A DNA stretch of 63,888 nt, filler included, from Chrysochromulina tobinii (Eukaryota): the NCBI GenBank assembly GCA_001275005.1. It is 11 parts of 11 records of this genome, joined end to end, with 100 filler letters (N's around TTAATTAATTAA, not from the genome) between each part and the next. Parts side by side here need not be neighbours in the genome. Positions count along the whole stretch, not along the records: positions 26,729 to 41,378 come from JWZX01000663.1; positions 41,479 to 46,271 come from JWZX01000664.1; 9 more parts are not named here. The stretch is one strand, 5' to 3'. Shown piece after piece: positions 33,112-45,000 of this stretch (positions within the stretch are counted from its first letter, which is position 1; each line of letters begins with the position of its first letter). Made by a program: the position numbers and the translations under genes. The notes under the pieces are model-generated. The model had not been told where the DNA came from, did not search any database, and saw only the letters and a program-made list of their open reading frames with translations.

Positions 33112-34674
33112 ATGCCCGTCGGGGACGCAGTCGTGCGGCTCATCATCTTCCTGACTGGGCTCATCGTGAAAACGCATGTGTTCACGCTCTCGAGGCTCAT
33201 GGGCTACCGCCACTACGTGCCAGACAAGGACAGCGTCCTCGTCACGTGCTGCACCAACGGGCTCGGCCATGTGCACCAGATGGAGCGGATTTTGAGCGTG
33301 CTCGAGGAGGCGGGCATGCGCTTCCCCGTGATCGCGCTCGCCAAAGAGCAGAAAGTGCCGGCGTACAAGCTCGAGTCACTCAAGAAGCGCTTCCCCGACG
33401 CCACCTTCTACAACCTCAACCTCGAGATTGACTACGACAACGGCAAGTCGTTCAACAACCTGAACATCATCGTGTCCGGCACCAAGATGGTGCTGCGGCG
33501 CGCGACGCCCTTCTACCGCAAGCTGACGCGCATCCTGCATCGCCACCGGCCCGCCTACTGCCTCTCGTTCTGGGAGCCGTCGGTGGCCACGTTCCTCAAT
33601 GTGATGAACTGCCCGACGCGCCTCGTGGCGGTCGCGAGTCAAGGGCAGATCTATGAGGATAGCACCGGCGTGGAGCGCGGGCTCCTCATGCGCATGCTGC
33701 GCCATTTCAACGTGGGCAACAAGGGCTGTTTGGTGCCGCTCTCGGTGCGCCCGCTCGACTGTGCCATACCGCAGGTGGTGAGCGTGCCCGCGCCGGCGCC
33801 GCTCGACACCGAGGGCGGTGGCTACTTTGTGGCCTACTCGACAGTGCCTCAGGTGCTCGGAGCGATCGGGAAGCGCATGCAAGGGCACCGCGTGCGACTC
33901 TTCGTCAAGGAGCACCGGCTCGCCTTCTACAAGGCCAAGTTCCGCCGCTACCCGCACATCGACGTGCGCGAGACCGCGCGAGATTTCGGCGAGCAGCTCG
34001 CGAGATCACGAGGGTTGATTGCCTCGCCATCCCGCGGCGTCGTGACCCAGGCAATCGCGCTCGGCAAGCCGGTGTACCTGTTCTGCCCCAAGGGACACCT
34101 TGAGCAAGAGTACAATCTGCGCTTCTACATGCACCGATTCGCGGGCGTCGCCTCGCCTAAAGGGCGGCGCTACCGTCGCTACTTTGGCGCCACAAGGCAG
34201 GGGCGTGGGCGGAATGCGACGGTGACGATGCCCGAGGGGCACCGCGGCAAGATGCAGACGCTGCTCGAGTGGGAGGCGTCACTCGCCGAGCTGCAGCTCG
34301 ACGAGCAGGCGCAGGAGCTCCGCGAGTGGCTCAGTCGCACGGACGCGCGGATCCGCGAGAAGCTCATGCCGCTGCTCTCGCCGACCCCTGAGGAGATTGC
34401 GGCGGAGGCGGTGGCTGCGGCGGCCGAGGAAGAGGAGGAGGCGCGAGAGCGCGCCGAGTCGGCGGCGGAGGCGCCGAGCGGCGAGGTGGATGACGAGGGC
34501 GACCCCGAGGATGACGAGGAGGATGACGACGATCCGGAGGAGGATGAGTACGAGTCCAATCAGACCAAGAGCGATGGGGATGGCAGCGGCGGCGATGGCA
34601 GCGATGGCAGCGATGGCAGCGATGGCACTGGCAGCTGCAGTGGAGAGGCGTGCTCGCCCAAAGACGAGGTCTGA
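33112..34674 (+). CDS. GT-B glycosyltransferase (GT28-like / Glyco_trans_1_3) with acidic tail
   Basis: TNGLGHVHQM and VTQAIALGKPV..PKGHLEQEYN. Confidence 0.75.
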   Translation: MPVGDAVVRLIIFLTGLIVKTHVFTLSRLMGYRHYVPDKDSVLVTCCTNGLGHVHQMERILSVLEEAGMRFPVIALAKEQKVPAYKLESLKKRFPDATFYNLNLEIDYDNGKSFNNLNIIVSGTKMVLRRATPFYRKLTRILHRHRPAYCLSFWEPSVATFLNVMNCPTRLVAVASQGQIYEDSTGVERGLLMRMLRHFNVGNKGCLVPLSVRPLDCAIPQVVSVPAPAPLDTEGGGYFVAYSTVPQVLGAIGKRMQGHRVRLFVKEHRLAFYKAKFRRYPHIDVRETARDFGEQLARSRGLIASPSRGVVTQAIALGKPVYLFCPKGHLEQEYNLRFYMHRFAGVASPKGRRYRRYFGATRQGRGRNATVTMPEGHRGKMQTLLEWEASLAELQLDEQAQELREWLSRTDARIREKLMPLLSPTPEEIAAEAVAAAAEEEEEARERAESAAEAPSGEVDDEGDPEDDEEDDDDPEEDEYESNQTKSDGDGSGGDGSDGSDGSDGTGSCSGEACSPKDEV

Positions 34675-35455
34675 GGCGAAGAAATGAGCAGTTTGATCTT
34701 CATGTTACTCATACGTATGAGTACTTGCATCGTGGTTCGTGCTACGTGCACGATCCACCACGCCACGTCGTGGTGCCGTGCATACACCCTATTGATCTAT
34801 TTCGCAGCTATTTCGTTATTCATATTGACAACTACCCGCGCGCGGCCGAATACAGGCCGTGTCGCCCGTCCGGGACTGCCGGCCCACTCGGCCGGACGCC
34901 CCGGCGAGCGTCCAGCGCAGCGTGACTGCTCGTGTCAATGTCACAAGTGTCATCTCGTACACGCTCGACGCTGGTGCGCCCCGATCCCGCCCGACGCCCG
35001 AGGCGACCGCGACCCGGTTGCCGTAGCGGGGGTACGACGCACAATCCGATCTGAATCTCGTAAGCTCGTAACCCGTCGCATATCTCGCGACGCGCGGCCG
35101 GGGGTTTAGCCGGGGGTCGGGTTGGGGTTCGAATGGCAGCCACGCCGCGCCCACCGCGGCGCGAGTCGCCGCGTCCGGACCGCGCGCGCGGTCGTTGCGC
35201 CCCCCGCCGGCCGGTTCCAGCTCGCGCGCTCGGGGCCTCGGGCGTCGGCTCGCCGTGGCGCTCCCCCGGGACTCCGCATCTCCGCTCCCGCGCGTTCCGC
35301 GGCCCGTTCTTGCCTCTGACTGGAGGGGGTACTGGGTGTAGCCGGGCTACTTGGGGCTACACCGACGGTACGTTGTACACCTCCAGCCGAAAAACGTAAA
35401 AGGCCTTAACGGAACGGCGGCTCTGATCACCGTCTTAATTACATCTGAGACACGG

Positions 35456-35530
35456 TGACGGAGACATCTGATCAGGCTACAGATGACGAGATGAGTAACT
35501 CATCTGTAGCCTGATCGGAGGTCTCCGTCA
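35456..35530. repeat. 75-nt inverted repeat / hairpin
   Basis: TGACGGAGAC (35456-65) pairs with GTCTCCGTCA (35521-30). GATCAGGCTACAGATGA (35470-86) pairs perfectly with TCATCTGTAGCCTGATC (35500-16). Confidence 0.85.
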
Positions 35531-35600
35531 TCAGCCCTGCACCTTCACAGCCCCTGCTGGCGCACCGCAGGTGGCGGCGGAGGTGGCATGCTTGGTGGCG

Positions 35601-35719
35601 GCGCAGGTGGTTACATGCGCAGGTGGTTACATGCGCAGGTGGTTACATGCGCAGGTGGCTAAGTGCGCAGGTGGCCACATGCGCAGGTGGTTGCATGCGC
35701 AGGTGTTTACATTCGCAGG
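35601..35719. repeat. 16-nt minisatellite GCGCAGGTGGTTACAT, about 7 copies
   Basis: Read directly. Confidence 0.9.
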
Positions 35720-38700
35720 GTTCCCATTGGCTGTGCACGCGCCGGTATCCGCGGCGGCAGAAGCGGCGGACCTCTGCTAGTGGGACTCATTTGAGGAGAA
35801 CGCGACGGCATCTTCGAGGGTGAAGGCGGGGGTGCTTTGTAGGGCGACGGGCGCGCAGCGCTCATCTTGGCGTTCGCGCGCGAGGGCGGGTTGGCGGCAG
35901 GGCGCAGTGGCGAAGCACTGGCCATGGCGGCCCCGAACTCCCAGCTCGGCGCCGGACTCGGTGCCGTCGGGCGTGGAATTGCGTTCTGTGGAATTGCGTT
36001 CTGTGGAATTGCGTTCTGTGGAATTGCGTTCTGTGGAATTGCGTTCTGCAGCGTCTCGACCCAGCAGTGCATGGCCTCGAGCGATCTGCATCCGAAATGG
36101 AGTTCCTTGGCACCACACTGCTGTCGGCTGAGGGGGCTGAGCATGAGCACGAAGCGCCAACACGCGGCCAAGGGTGGCAGGAACACGAAGGCGTGCCCAT
36201 TGTGAACCTCTGCACCCCTGCCGTCGCCGCTGCTGCGGCTGCTGCTGATGCTGCTGCTGATGCTCTCGTCCGCGATGCGAATGCGGGCTGGGCCGGTGGA
36301 GAAGACTTCTTGGATCCAGCCGAGGGGCACGGCGCGCAACTTGAGAGCGGTTGGCTTGCCAGAGGCATATGTGAGCTCCGTCGCCGAGAGCCGGAGCTCG
36401 ACAGAGCGCCATCGGCTGGTGAACCGGCCTCTTTTGACGCATGGCCGTCCGAGCAGCTCGTGCACAGAGGCCAGATAGCGGTAGCTTAGAAGTTGCTCGT
36501 CGCGGCGCGCCAAAGGTCTCTGATTCGTCTGCTTCGCCCAGTGGCGGAAGCGCACCGCGATCAGTGCGTGGCGCCATGAGCTGAGGGCCTTGCGCATTAG
36601 CTCCAGCGCCCAACTCCGTGCCTCCGAGTGCCCCTTCCACACTCGGAAGCGCTGCGCGATCAGCATGCGAAGCCACAAGTTGAGGGCCTTGCGCAAAAGC
36701 TCCTGCGCCCGTGCCCGTGCCTCCAAGTGCCCCTTCCAGCTGAGCAGAGCCCAGAAGAGATCTGGGCGCTGCAAGGCGCGTACCGCTCGTCGCATCACCT
36801 GTTCCCGGCGCTCCGTCTGCTTGCGCTTCTCCTCCTTCAACCGCCGCTCGTCACAGCGCTTCACCCAGGTCTCCACCCACCTTCGGTAGGCCCTGGCCTC
36901 GGCCTTCAATTTGCCTTCGCGCCAAAAATGGAGCACCCGTTGAAGGGTGCGTTTGACAGCGCGGCGGCCCTCGCACACGTCGATCCATGTTCTCAACGCT
37001 CGGCTCACCCGATTCGAGGCCCAGCGCATGGCAACTTTGATCGCCTCATGTCGCACCCGCTGCTTTGCGTCGTAGACGGCTCGCCATCCGTGGAAGCACT
37101 TGAAGGTGAGACCGTGCTGCCAAAAGCGCAGCGAGTGGCGAAGGTGGGTCTCGAGCCAGCGGGCATTTCGGCGCGCCGCGAGCTCGCGCCGTGCGACCCG
37201 CGCTCGATACAGCGCTTGGACCTTGAGCGCGATCCACTGGCGCAGGTAGAGGGCATGCGAGTCGAGGTACAACTGCTGCGCCTCCCACAGCGTGCACTCC
37301 ATCCGCAGGAATCTCGCGAGAACTTCGGCGCGCTCGAGGGGGCGCACGCCGAGCAGTGGCGGCGGCCGCTGCGCCTCCAGCCCAGGCAGCTGGTCGAGCC
37401 ACAGCTCGAGGTCCTGGACTGGAAGAGCCGACTGGAGCTGGCTCACGAGGAGATGTATCGTCGCAAAGACGCCGCCGCACGGCCCCTGAGGCATCCGAGG
37501 CGCGAGTGTGCTGGCGTACTCGCGCCGTGGCGAGCGCCGTGGGAGCAGCGGGGAGATGAGAGGTGGCGTACTAGGCGTACGTCGCGCGCGCTCGCTCTGC
37601 CGTGCTCGCTCGCGCTCGTACGCTAGCTCGCGCTCGTACGCTCGCTCGCGTTCCCGCGCACGCTGCCGCTCTGCGATCGCCTCGAGGCTGGTGCTCTCCT
37701 CCTCCTCGTCCTCGTGGAGGCGATGAGAGGAGAAGCGCACAAGCCGACGTGAGCGCAGGCTCATGCCGCTGTCCGTGCTCGCGTTCATCTCGCGCGACCG
37801 TTGGATTTCAAAAGGGAGCGTACGCACCCGGGATGTGTAGAGCGGGGACGCCGCCGCACACCGTGACCGTCCCATGAGTCCCAACATGGTCTCTGGTGTG
37901 CCTCGCGGCGTGCGTGGGATGTGCAAGGGCGGAGGCCGGCTCCCGTCGTCATTGAATCCGTCATTGCCCGTCTCCTCCTCGTCATCATCGTCCAAGCTCG
38001 CGATGCGGCGTGCTGGGGAGCGGGTGGCAGCAACGGATGTGCTGGGTGCAGCGGCGGCGCTGGTGGATGAGCTCGGCGTCGGCCCCACGTCGTAGAGGGC
38101 AGGCGCTGCTTGGCGCAGCCACTGCGGCGACGATTCCGCTTGGGGCCCAGGCGTTGTGCCACGCTCAGCGGCCGTATCCTCGACGGCACCGACGTCCGCG
38201 GCCGCGTCCACTGCGTCAACAACTGCCGCCGTGACGGTCGGCATCGTCGACGACGTGCTCTTGCCGGGCGAGGAGTAGCCGGCGGCGTCTCGAAAACGCT
38301 CGGCGGCGTCTCGGAGCTCGCCAGCACGCTGAGCGAGACGCGCCGCGCCCTCAGATGCCTCATCGCGTTCCCGCTCGGTCTCCAGCAGCTTGATCGCGGC
38401 GCACTGTGCGAGTTCACAGACTGTCCGGTCTTGCGCACTCAGTGTCCTGCCCAGAATGAGCTCATAGGCGGCCGCGCAGAAGGCGGGTTCCTTGAGCTCA
38501 TTCATGCGGATGTCGAGCGCGTAGAGCAGCGAGGATATGGCCCGGCATCCCGTGTATGCTTTTTCGGCCAGGCTGTAAGCGCGGTGAGCATCGCCGCGGT
38601 CGCGAGCTGCTTCAGCAAGGCTCATGAGAGCCTTGTGCTCTTTCAGCGAGAGCACTGGCGAACCCTCAGGTTGTTGCGGAGGGTCGACGAGGAGCGAGAC

Positions 38701-38733
38701 CTCCCAGTGTGGCACGGGCCCCGGACGCGCCAT
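35707..38733 (-). CDS. Protein with IQ motif, Sfi1-like Trp repeats and a C-terminal PH domain
   Basis: IQ-like LKVQALYRARVARR; repeats such as SLRFWQHGLTFKCFHGW and ALSSWRHALIAVRFRHW; PH-like KRGRFTSRWRSVELRL...LHFGCRSLEAMHCWVETL. Confidence 0.65.
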   Translation of the reverse strand: MARPGPVPHWEVSLLVDPPQQPEGSPVLSLKEHKALMSLAEAARDRGDAHRAYSLAEKAYTGCRAISSLLYALDIRMNELKEPAFCAAAYELILGRTLSAQDRTVCELAQCAAIKLLETERERDEASEGAARLAQRAGELRDAAERFRDAAGYSSPGKSTSSTMPTVTAAVVDAVDAAADVGAVEDTAAERGTTPGPQAESSPQWLRQAAPALYDVGPTPSSSTSAAAAPSTSVAATRSPARRIASLDDDDEEETGNDGFNDDGSRPPPLHIPRTPRGTPETMLGLMGRSRCAAASPLYTSRVRTLPFEIQRSREMNASTDSGMSLRSRRLVRFSSHRLHEDEEEESTSLEAIAERQRARERERAYERELAYERERARQSERARRTPSTPPLISPLLPRRSPRREYASTLAPRMPQGPCGGVFATIHLLVSQLQSALPVQDLELWLDQLPGLEAQRPPPLLGVRPLERAEVLARFLRMECTLWEAQQLYLDSHALYLRQWIALKVQALYRARVARRELAARRNARWLETHLRHSLRFWQHGLTFKCFHGWRAVYDAKQRVRHEAIKVAMRWASNRVSRALRTWIDVCEGRRAVKRTLQRVLHFWREGKLKAEARAYRRWVETWVKRCDERRLKEEKRKQTERREQVMRRAVRALQRPDLFWALLSWKGHLEARARAQELLRKALNLWLRMLIAQRFRVWKGHSEARSWALELMRKALSSWRHALIAVRFRHWAKQTNQRPLARRDEQLLSYRYLASVHELLGRPCVKRGRFTSRWRSVELRLSATELTYASGKPTALKLRAVPLGWIQEVFSTGPARIRIADESISSSISSSRSSGDGRGAEVHNGHAFVFLPPLAACWRFVLMLSPLSRQQCGAKELHFGCRSLEAMHCWVETLQNAIPQNAIPQNAIPQNAIPQNAIPRPTAPSPAPSWEFGAAMASASPLRPAANPPSRANAKMSAARPSPYKAPPPSPSKMPSRSPQMSPTSRGPPLLPPRIPARAQPMGTLRM

Positions 38734-39254
38734 GATGGATTGCTGTGTGGGCGAGTGGGCGATGTCGTGCTCAAAACCGTGCTCAAAACCTCCAAATTTT
38801 GGTGCGCCGTTCCGGTTAATCGAAGTCACCGAGATGCGGGACACACACATTATGACCCACATACGGTGGCGATACACTGCGCGTGCGCCCTTCATTGTAT
38901 CTAGAGGTTCGTATGACAGAGGTTGCACCTGATAATTATGATTTCCCATCGAGTGGCAATCAGTGTAACCGTGACCGTGGTGTTTAAGACCGTGTGTCAG
39001 ACAATGCTCAATGGTGTCAGAGTCACTGTCGTGTGACTCGCATGTGTGTCCCGCGGCGAGCTGCCCGCGGCGCGGCTCCCCCCGGTGTCTTTCAAGCCGA
39101 CTGGTACCAGTTAGAAGACACCGTCGGGGGAGCCGTCGACCACGACACCACGTTAGAAGACGTCCGACGTGCATGCAAGGGGGAGCCGGGACACACACGG
39201 GACCGGTGGGGTAACAGGACTCTTACGTACCACGCGCTCAGTCAGCGACATCAG

Positions 39255-40946
39255 TCAGCGAAGCACCGCGACCCCGGAGAGTACGTAGCCCGTCGCCGGG
39301 TACGCATTCATCTCGGGGTGCGTGCGTAGATCGGCGACTTGGTACTTGCGTGCCCACGTCTCCATAAGCTGTAGGCGCACGGCGGCGCGCGACTGCTGGC
39401 ACACGTGCAAGCACTCGGCAAGCGGCGTGATCGACGGGTGGTACACGACAAAGGGCGAGCCGGGCACGAGGCGTGCAAGCAGCGCGAGGATCGCAACGGC
39501 CGGCGCCTCGCGCACGGCCACCACGAGGCTCGTGAACCCCTGGGCTGCGACTTCAGACAGAGCTGCATCCCGAAGAGTGAGAATCTTCCGCGGATTGTGC
39601 TCGCCGCCACGGACTGCGCTCGCCTCGCCGCCCGCCTCGCCGCCCGCCTCGCCACTCGCCGCCTCGCCGTTCGCATCGACCTCGTCCGCGCCCGCCGCCT
39701 TGTCCGCCGCTTCGTCGACGTCCATCGCAGGATCAACTGCCGCCGCCTCCGCCGCCTCCGCCGCCTCCGCCGCCTCCGCCGCCTCCGCCGCCTCCGCCAC
39801 TTTCGCCGTCTTCGCCGCCTTCGCCCCCTCCGCTGCCTCGGCCATTTCGACCTCCTTCACCGGAGCCTCTCGCCCCAAGCGGGAGATTGCGAGCTCAATC
39901 TCCTCCAACGGAGCCAAAGGGGCCGCGAGTGCACCGCGAGTGAGTGAAACAGCGACTGAGCCCCGCGCGTCGCGCGTGATGCAGACTGAGACGGATGGGC
40001 TTCTGGCCGTCGACAGCCCAGCCACGGCTGCCGCGGGCGCCGCGGGCGCGTCGCCGCGGACCGTTGGCAGGCCGCCGTGAGCGATTGCGTCGCTCATCAC
40101 ATTGGGCATGAGTGGCGGCGGCTCGGGCGGCGGCGGTCTGCCGAGGAGTTCGGCGAGCGTGCATGCCTGAGTGGCGTGCAGGTACTCGCTCGGCAAGTTG
40201 AGCCACTGCACGCCGTCGAGCATCGGTTTGCCGAGCGAGGCGCTCAGCACACGTCCCTCGCCTCCAATGAGTTGAGCGAGCGCGCCCGTCAGGAGGCCAA
40301 GGGTGCTCTCGACGACGAGGACGCGCGAGCCCGGCTGCGCATTCGATAGCGCGAGCACGAGCGCGAGCGAGTCGCGCCGCAGGTGCAGCAGCCGATCGGG
40401 CCCCTTGCTCATGTACATGTCACACACGCTCAACGGCGTGGGCTTCGCAAGCGTCAGGAAGGGCATGTGCTTCTTGGCCTTCTTGCGCAGGTACTTGTCT
40501 TGCGAGAAGGCCGTTTTGCTCGCAAAGGTGGCCGAGGCCGCGGCGATGGCCTTCACGACGGCGGCTCCGTCCGTCCCCTTCTGCTTGAGGCGCCGGATGT
40601 CGGCCTCGCTCATGGTCTGCGCGGTGCAGTCATCCACGAGCGCCGCGTTCGACGCGTCCGGCTGCGCGCAGATGGCGTCGTTGAGCGAGCCCATGATCTC
40701 CTCGACGGTGCGCGGGTCGCGCACGAGCCCCGAGGCCTCGATGCGGAAGTTGGCGCCGAAGGGCGCACCCACGAGAGGGTCCATGAGCACCTGCTGTCGG
40801 CCCGACGAAAACTTAGTGCCGCGCCGCACGCGCATCAGCCGGCGCTCGCCATCCGAGGGGAGCATCAGCGCCCAGTCGCCTTCGTTGCACAGGTTCCTCG
40901 CCGGCAAAGGCGGTGCGGAGGACGTGGCCGCCGCAGGAGTCTCCAT
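39255..40946 (-). CDS. TRM6: tRNA (adenine58-N1)-methyltransferase non-catalytic subunit (Gcd10)
   Basis: NAALVDDCTAQTMS, SATFASKTAFSQDKYLRKKAKKH, LRRDSLALVL and RKYQVADLRTHPEM..TGYVLSG. Confidence 0.92.
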   Translation of the reverse strand: METPAAATSSAPPLPARNLCNEGDWALMLPSDGERRLMRVRRGTKFSSGRQQVLMDPLVGAPFGANFRIEASGLVRDPRTVEEIMGSLNDAICAQPDASNAALVDDCTAQTMSEADIRRLKQKGTDGAAVVKAIAAASATFASKTAFSQDKYLRKKAKKHMPFLTLAKPTPLSVCDMYMSKGPDRLLHLRRDSLALVLALSNAQPGSRVLVVESTLGLLTGALAQLIGGEGRVLSASLGKPMLDGVQWLNLPSEYLHATQACTLAELLGRPPPPEPPPLMPNVMSDAIAHGGLPTVRGDAPAAPAAAVAGLSTARSPSVSVCITRDARGSVAVSLTRGALAAPLAPLEEIELAISRLGREAPVKEVEMAEAAEGAKAAKTAKVAEAAEAAEAAEAAEAAEAAAVDPAMDVDEAADKAAGADEVDANGEAASGEAGGEAGGEASAVRGGEHNPRKILTLRDAALSEVAAQGFTSLVVAVREAPAVAILALLARLVPGSPFVVYHPSITPLAECLHVCQQSRAAVRLQLMETWARKYQVADLRTHPEMNAYPATGYVLSGVAVLR

Positions 40947-42069
40947 GTCGCGTCGAATGTGTTTCGTCTGGGGTCCACGATTTACGCGAAAGGGCGTTCA
41001 AGTTTTGAAGCTAGGAGCCGTCTCCACTTCTCCGTCCCACTGGTTGAGGTGTGAATTCATTATGAACGAAAATCGCGAGGGTAGGCTGTGTCTCCACGGG
41101 ACCTCCGGGCAATAACAGTGCGGTACCGGAAGCACCGGTTGTCGCGTGCGTCGTGTTTGTTCACGTTCACGCAACAAACAAGACCCAGTAGGTCATCACC
41201 ACCTTTGGCGGCATCGGCCCCGCCACCATCTGGCACTTCATCGACTCTATCTACGCCACCTCTTCCTCCCTCGCCAACCTCAACCTCACCTCCTCCCACG
41301 CCGTTGCCACCCGGAAAGCCCACTTCCTCGCCTCCTTCCAAGCCACCCTCATCCGATCCTCCTACGCCATGCTCACCCNNNNNNNNNNNNNNNNNNNNNN
41401 NNNNNNNNNNNNNNNNNNNNNNTTAATTAATTAANNNNNNNNNNNNNNNNNNNNNNNNNNNNNNNNNNNNNNNNNNNNACAGCTCATGATGGCGCCATTG
41501 TGCATGTACGCGCGTCGTTGCGAAGAAAAAAGGGACCTCACCGATGATCGGTCTCGCGCACAACCCCGCCAGAGTGCAGCCCGCCGTCGCGAGATGCCTC
41601 GATCGAGGGGGTGGTTTAGGCGGCCCATGAGACGGTCGAGGCCATTGGCATCGAATGGAACTTCATCGATCGACGCCGACGTTGACGCCGGCATTGTGCA
41701 TGCCGCTGAACCTCTGCAAGATGAGTTGGTGCCAAAGCTACCGGTTCTGGAAGAGATAGCGGCCGATCTGTGGGCAGCTGACCACGGATCCTTGTTCGCC
41801 AATGAAATCGAACGCAATCGAGCTCTCGTGAGCCAACACGCGCGCACCTTTTGCTGCACCAGCTCTCAGCTGCAGCTCTCATCGTATGCGAGACGCTTGT
41901 CCGGTCATCCACGCCACGCCATTCAAATGTCGTACAGTACATGCTAGATCAGCTTCGAAACATAGACTAATAAACACCATGCCACACATGGCCACCCTCT
42001 CTTCCACCATCAAGGACATCTTTTGAGTATTGTGCAAGGCAGCACATATATGTTATATCGTTCCGACTT

Positions 42070-45000
42070 GAGCTCACTGAGCACGATGAGGATGCTGAGC
42101 ACAATGAGCATGCTGAGCCTGCTGAGCCCGCTGAGCTTGCTGAGCTTGATGAGCCTGCTGAGCAAGCTGAGAACGCTGCGGCGATGTTGGCAATGATGAG
42201 CCGGCTGAGCACGATGAGCATGCTGAGCCCGCTGAGCACGATGAGGATGCTGAGCCCACTGGGCATGAAGAGGATGCTGAGCATGATGAGCATGCTCAAT
42301 CTGCTGAGCACGATGAGCTTGATGAGCTTGCTGAGCTTGAGCACGCTGAGCTTGATGAGCTTGCTGATCCTGCAGAGCACGCTGAGCACGCTGCAGCAAT
42401 GTTGGCGATGCACGATGAGCATGCTGAGCACGATGTCGATGAGCTTGCTGAGCACACTGAGCACGATGAGGATTAGAAAAGGATGCTGAGCACAATGAGC
42501 ATGCTGAGCCTGCTGAGCTCAATGAGGATGCTGAGCACAGTGAGCATGCCAAGCCTGCTGAGCTTGCTGAGCTTGCTGACGGCGATGTTAGCGATGATGA
42601 GCCCGCTGAGCACGATGAGCATGCTGAGCCTGCTGATCAAGATGAGCATTATGTGCCCGCTGAGCATGATGAGAGCATATGCAGGCTCATCATGCTCATC
42701 ATGCTCAGTGTGCTCAGCGTGCTCATCATGCTCAGCGTGCTCAGTGTGCTCATCAATCTCAGCTCGCTCAGCATCAGCACGCTGCGGCGATGTTGGTGAT
42801 GATGAGCCCGCTGAGCACGATGAGCGTGCTGAGCCTGCTGATCAAGATGAGCATTATGTGCCCGCTGAGCATGATGAGCACATGCAGGCTCATCTAAGGC
42901 TCATCATGCTCATCATGCTCAGTGTGCTCAGCGTGCTCATCATGCTCAGCGTGCTCAGTGTGCTCATCAATCTCAGCTCGCTCAGCATCAGCACGCTGCG
43001 GCGATGTTGGTGATGATGAGCCCGCTGAGCACGATGAGCACACTAAGCGACCTGAGATCGATGAGAATGCTGAGCACCATGACTCCATGAGCGCTGATGA
43101 GCATGCTGAGCCCACTGAACGCGATGAGGATGCTGAGCCTGCTGAGGATGCTGAGGATGCTCGCTGCGGCTATGTTGGCGGTGATGAGCACCATGACGAT
43201 GATGAGCCTGCTGAGCATAATGAGGATGCTGAGCACAATGAGCATGCTCAGCCTGCTGAGTACGCTGAACTTTCTGAGCCTGCTGAGCTTGCTGAGCTTC
43301 CTTAGCTTGCTGAGCTTGCTAAGCTTGCTGAGCCTGCACGGCATCAGAGTACGCCGTGAGCACGCTGCACCAATGTTGGCGATGATGAGCACGCTGAGCA
43401 CAATGAGCACACTGAGCACGATGATGATGCTGAGCACTATGTGCATGCTGAGCTCCCTGAGCTCCCTGAGCTTGTTGAGCCTGCAGAGCACGCTGAGCAC
43501 GCTGCAGCAATGTTGGCGATGCATGATGAGCATGTGCATCGCCAATATCGGTGCAGCGTGCTATCAGCGTGCTCTGCATGCTCAGCGTGCTCTGCAGGCT
43601 CAGAAAGCTCAGCAAGCTCAGCAAGCTCAGCATCCTCAACGTTCTCAATGTGCTCAGCATCCTGATCGTACTCATTGTGCTCAGCAAGCTCATGGTGCTC
43701 AGCGGGTTCGGCATGCTCATAATGCATCGCCAACATTGCTGCAGCGTGCTCAGCGTGCTCTGCAAACTGAGCTTGCTGAGCTTGCTCAGCAAGCTCAACA
43801 GACTCGGCGTGCTCATTGTGCTCAGCATCCTCATTGTGCTAAGCTCGCTCAGCATCTTCATGGTGCTCGGTGGGCTCAGCATGCTGATCGCGCTCATCGT
43901 GCTCAGCGTCCTCTGCTCAGCGTGCTCAGCGTGCTCTGTAGGCTCAGCAAGCTCAGCGTGCTCAGCGTGCTCAGCGTGCTCAGCAAGCTCAGCAAGCTCA
44001 GCAAGCTCAGCAAGCTCAGCAGGCTGAGCATGCTCATTGTGCTCAGCATCCTCGTGATACTTAGTGATACTCAGCGGGCTCATCATCCTCATCATGCTTA
44101 GCGGGCTCAGCATCCTCATCATGCTCAACGGGCTCATCATCGCCGCAGAGTGCTCAGCGTGCTCAGCATGCTCAGCGTGCTCAGCGTGCTCAGCAAGCTC
44201 AGCAAGCTCAGCAAGCTCAGCAAGCGCAGCGAGCTCAGAAGGCTCAGCATGCTCATTGTGCTCAGCATCCTCATCGTGCTCAGTGTGCTCAGCAAGCTCA
44301 TCATGCTCAGCGTGCTCAGCATACTCATCGCTGAGCACAATGACAGCACGCTGCAGCAATGTTGGCGATGATGAGTACGCTGAGCACGATGAGCGCACTG
44401 AGCACGATGAGGATGCTCAGCACAATGAGCATGCTGAGCTTGCTGAGCTCCCTGAGCTTGTTGAGCCTGCAGAGCACGCTGAGCACGCTGCAGCGATGTT
44501 GGCGATGCACAGCTTCCTCAGCGTGCTCTGCAGGCTCAGAAAGCTCAGCAAGCTCAGCAAGCTCAGCATCCTCAACGTGCTCAATGTGCTCAGCATCCTC
44601 ATCATGCTCAGCATCCTCATCGTGCTCAGCCGGCTCATCATCGCCACAATCGCCGCAGCGTGCTCAGCGTGCTCAGCAAGCTCAGCAAGCTCAGCAAGCT
44701 CAGCAAGCTCAGCAAATTCAGAGTGCTCAGCAGGCTGAGCATGCTCATTGTGCTCATCATCCTCATTATGCTCAGCGGGCTCATCATCGTCATGGTGCTC
44801 AGCAGGCTCATCATGCTCAGCGTGCTCATCATCGCCAACATTGCCGCAGCTTGCTCAGCGTGCTCTGCAGGCTCAGCAAGCTTAAGCAAGCTCAGCGTGC
44901 TCCGCAAGCTCAGCAAGCTCAGCAAGCTCAGCAGGCTAAGCATGCTCATTGTGCTCAGCATCCTCATGATGCTCAGCGGGCTCAGCATTCTCATCATGCT

